A stretch of 52,576 nt of DNA, the filler included, from Perkinsus olseni (Eukaryota), in NCBI GenBank assembly GCA_013115125.1. It is 2 parts of 2 records of this genome, joined end to end, with 100 filler letters (N's around TTAATTAATTAA, not from the genome) between each part and the next. Parts side by side here need not be neighbours in the genome. Positions count along the whole stretch, not along the records: positions 26,344 to 52,576 come from JABANN010000486.1; 1 more part is not named here. One strand, given 5' to 3'. The position numbers and the translations under genes are program-made. Shown here piece by piece: positions 52,112 to 52,576 of the stretch (the stretch's first letter is position 1; every line of letters starts with the position of its first letter). The notes beneath the pieces were generated by a model. The model saw only the letters and a list, made by a program, of their open reading frames with translations, made no database searches and was not told the DNA's origin.

Positions 52112-52576
52112 CTACCTTATGGAAGCCAGTGGGTCTCGCCCTTCGTCTGCAGCTTTCACTGATGCTCGAAGTACCTTCATTCAAGTGAAGCGTGGATAAG
52201 TGAAATGAAGTGCGACCCCACCAGGGCTCCATTCCTGTCCAGCCACCCATTGTTCTTGCGCCTCAGATGTGCGATACTCACTAACCTGTTGGGACCCCAG
52301 CTGTCAACAGGCTTGCCGCCATCGGGCAGGAATGTGCCGATCCTGGTCTGACGAGCATCGCTCCTCCCAAACGTCAATGACGGAAGATGTTGCACAGGAA
52401 AGAACTTCCATCATGGAAGCATGAATAGCCTATGCCGTTCCTCTCAGTTACCCGAGACTCTCCGGTGGAGAGGGAGCAAGACTTGAAAGTGCAAGTTCTC
52501 CAAATTGTAGAGATATCCCGACTGTTGTTGCGCAACTCGTTATTGGCCATTGATGAATGATGACAGAGTAGTTGCG
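52112..52576 (-). CDS. MATH-family copy H, 3' part only (continues beyond the window or is truncated)
   Basis: IGTFLPDGGKPVDSWGPNRLVSIAHLRRKNNGWLDRNGAL|VLRASVKAADEGRDPLASIR*. Confidence 0.68.

Overview
Compact, intron-dense eukaryotic DNA (about 50% GC, introns mostly 40-65 nt). It is most likely a Perkinsus-type alveolate, because a near-exact Perkinsus spliced-leader (SL) sequence lies at 47432-47451. Left part (1-26243): a (GTT)n microsatellite, four tandem, highly diverged + strand paralogues of an unrecognised and probably secreted family, a 1061-bp PIF/Harbinger-like non-autonomous transposon (26-bp TIRs, CTG TSD), then minus-strand genes for separase, FOPNL/FOR20 (CEP20), a secreted histidine acid phosphatase and a large multi-pass membrane protein. 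A 100-nt artificial gap (44 N + TTAATTAATTAA + 44 N) is flanked by the inverted ends of a TA-TSD DNA transposon. Right part (26344-52576): a minus-strand array of about 8 double-MATH(TRAF)-domain genes and pseudogenes with a conserved C-terminal DEGRDPL motif. The array is interrupted by an intronless six-domain ubiquitin-like polyprotein ending LRLRGS, an intronless DUF3712-like membrane protein, and a decayed SL-capped retrocopy. Exon boundaries and several gene starts were inferred by eye and are approximate. No rRNA, tRNA or CRISPR array was recognised.
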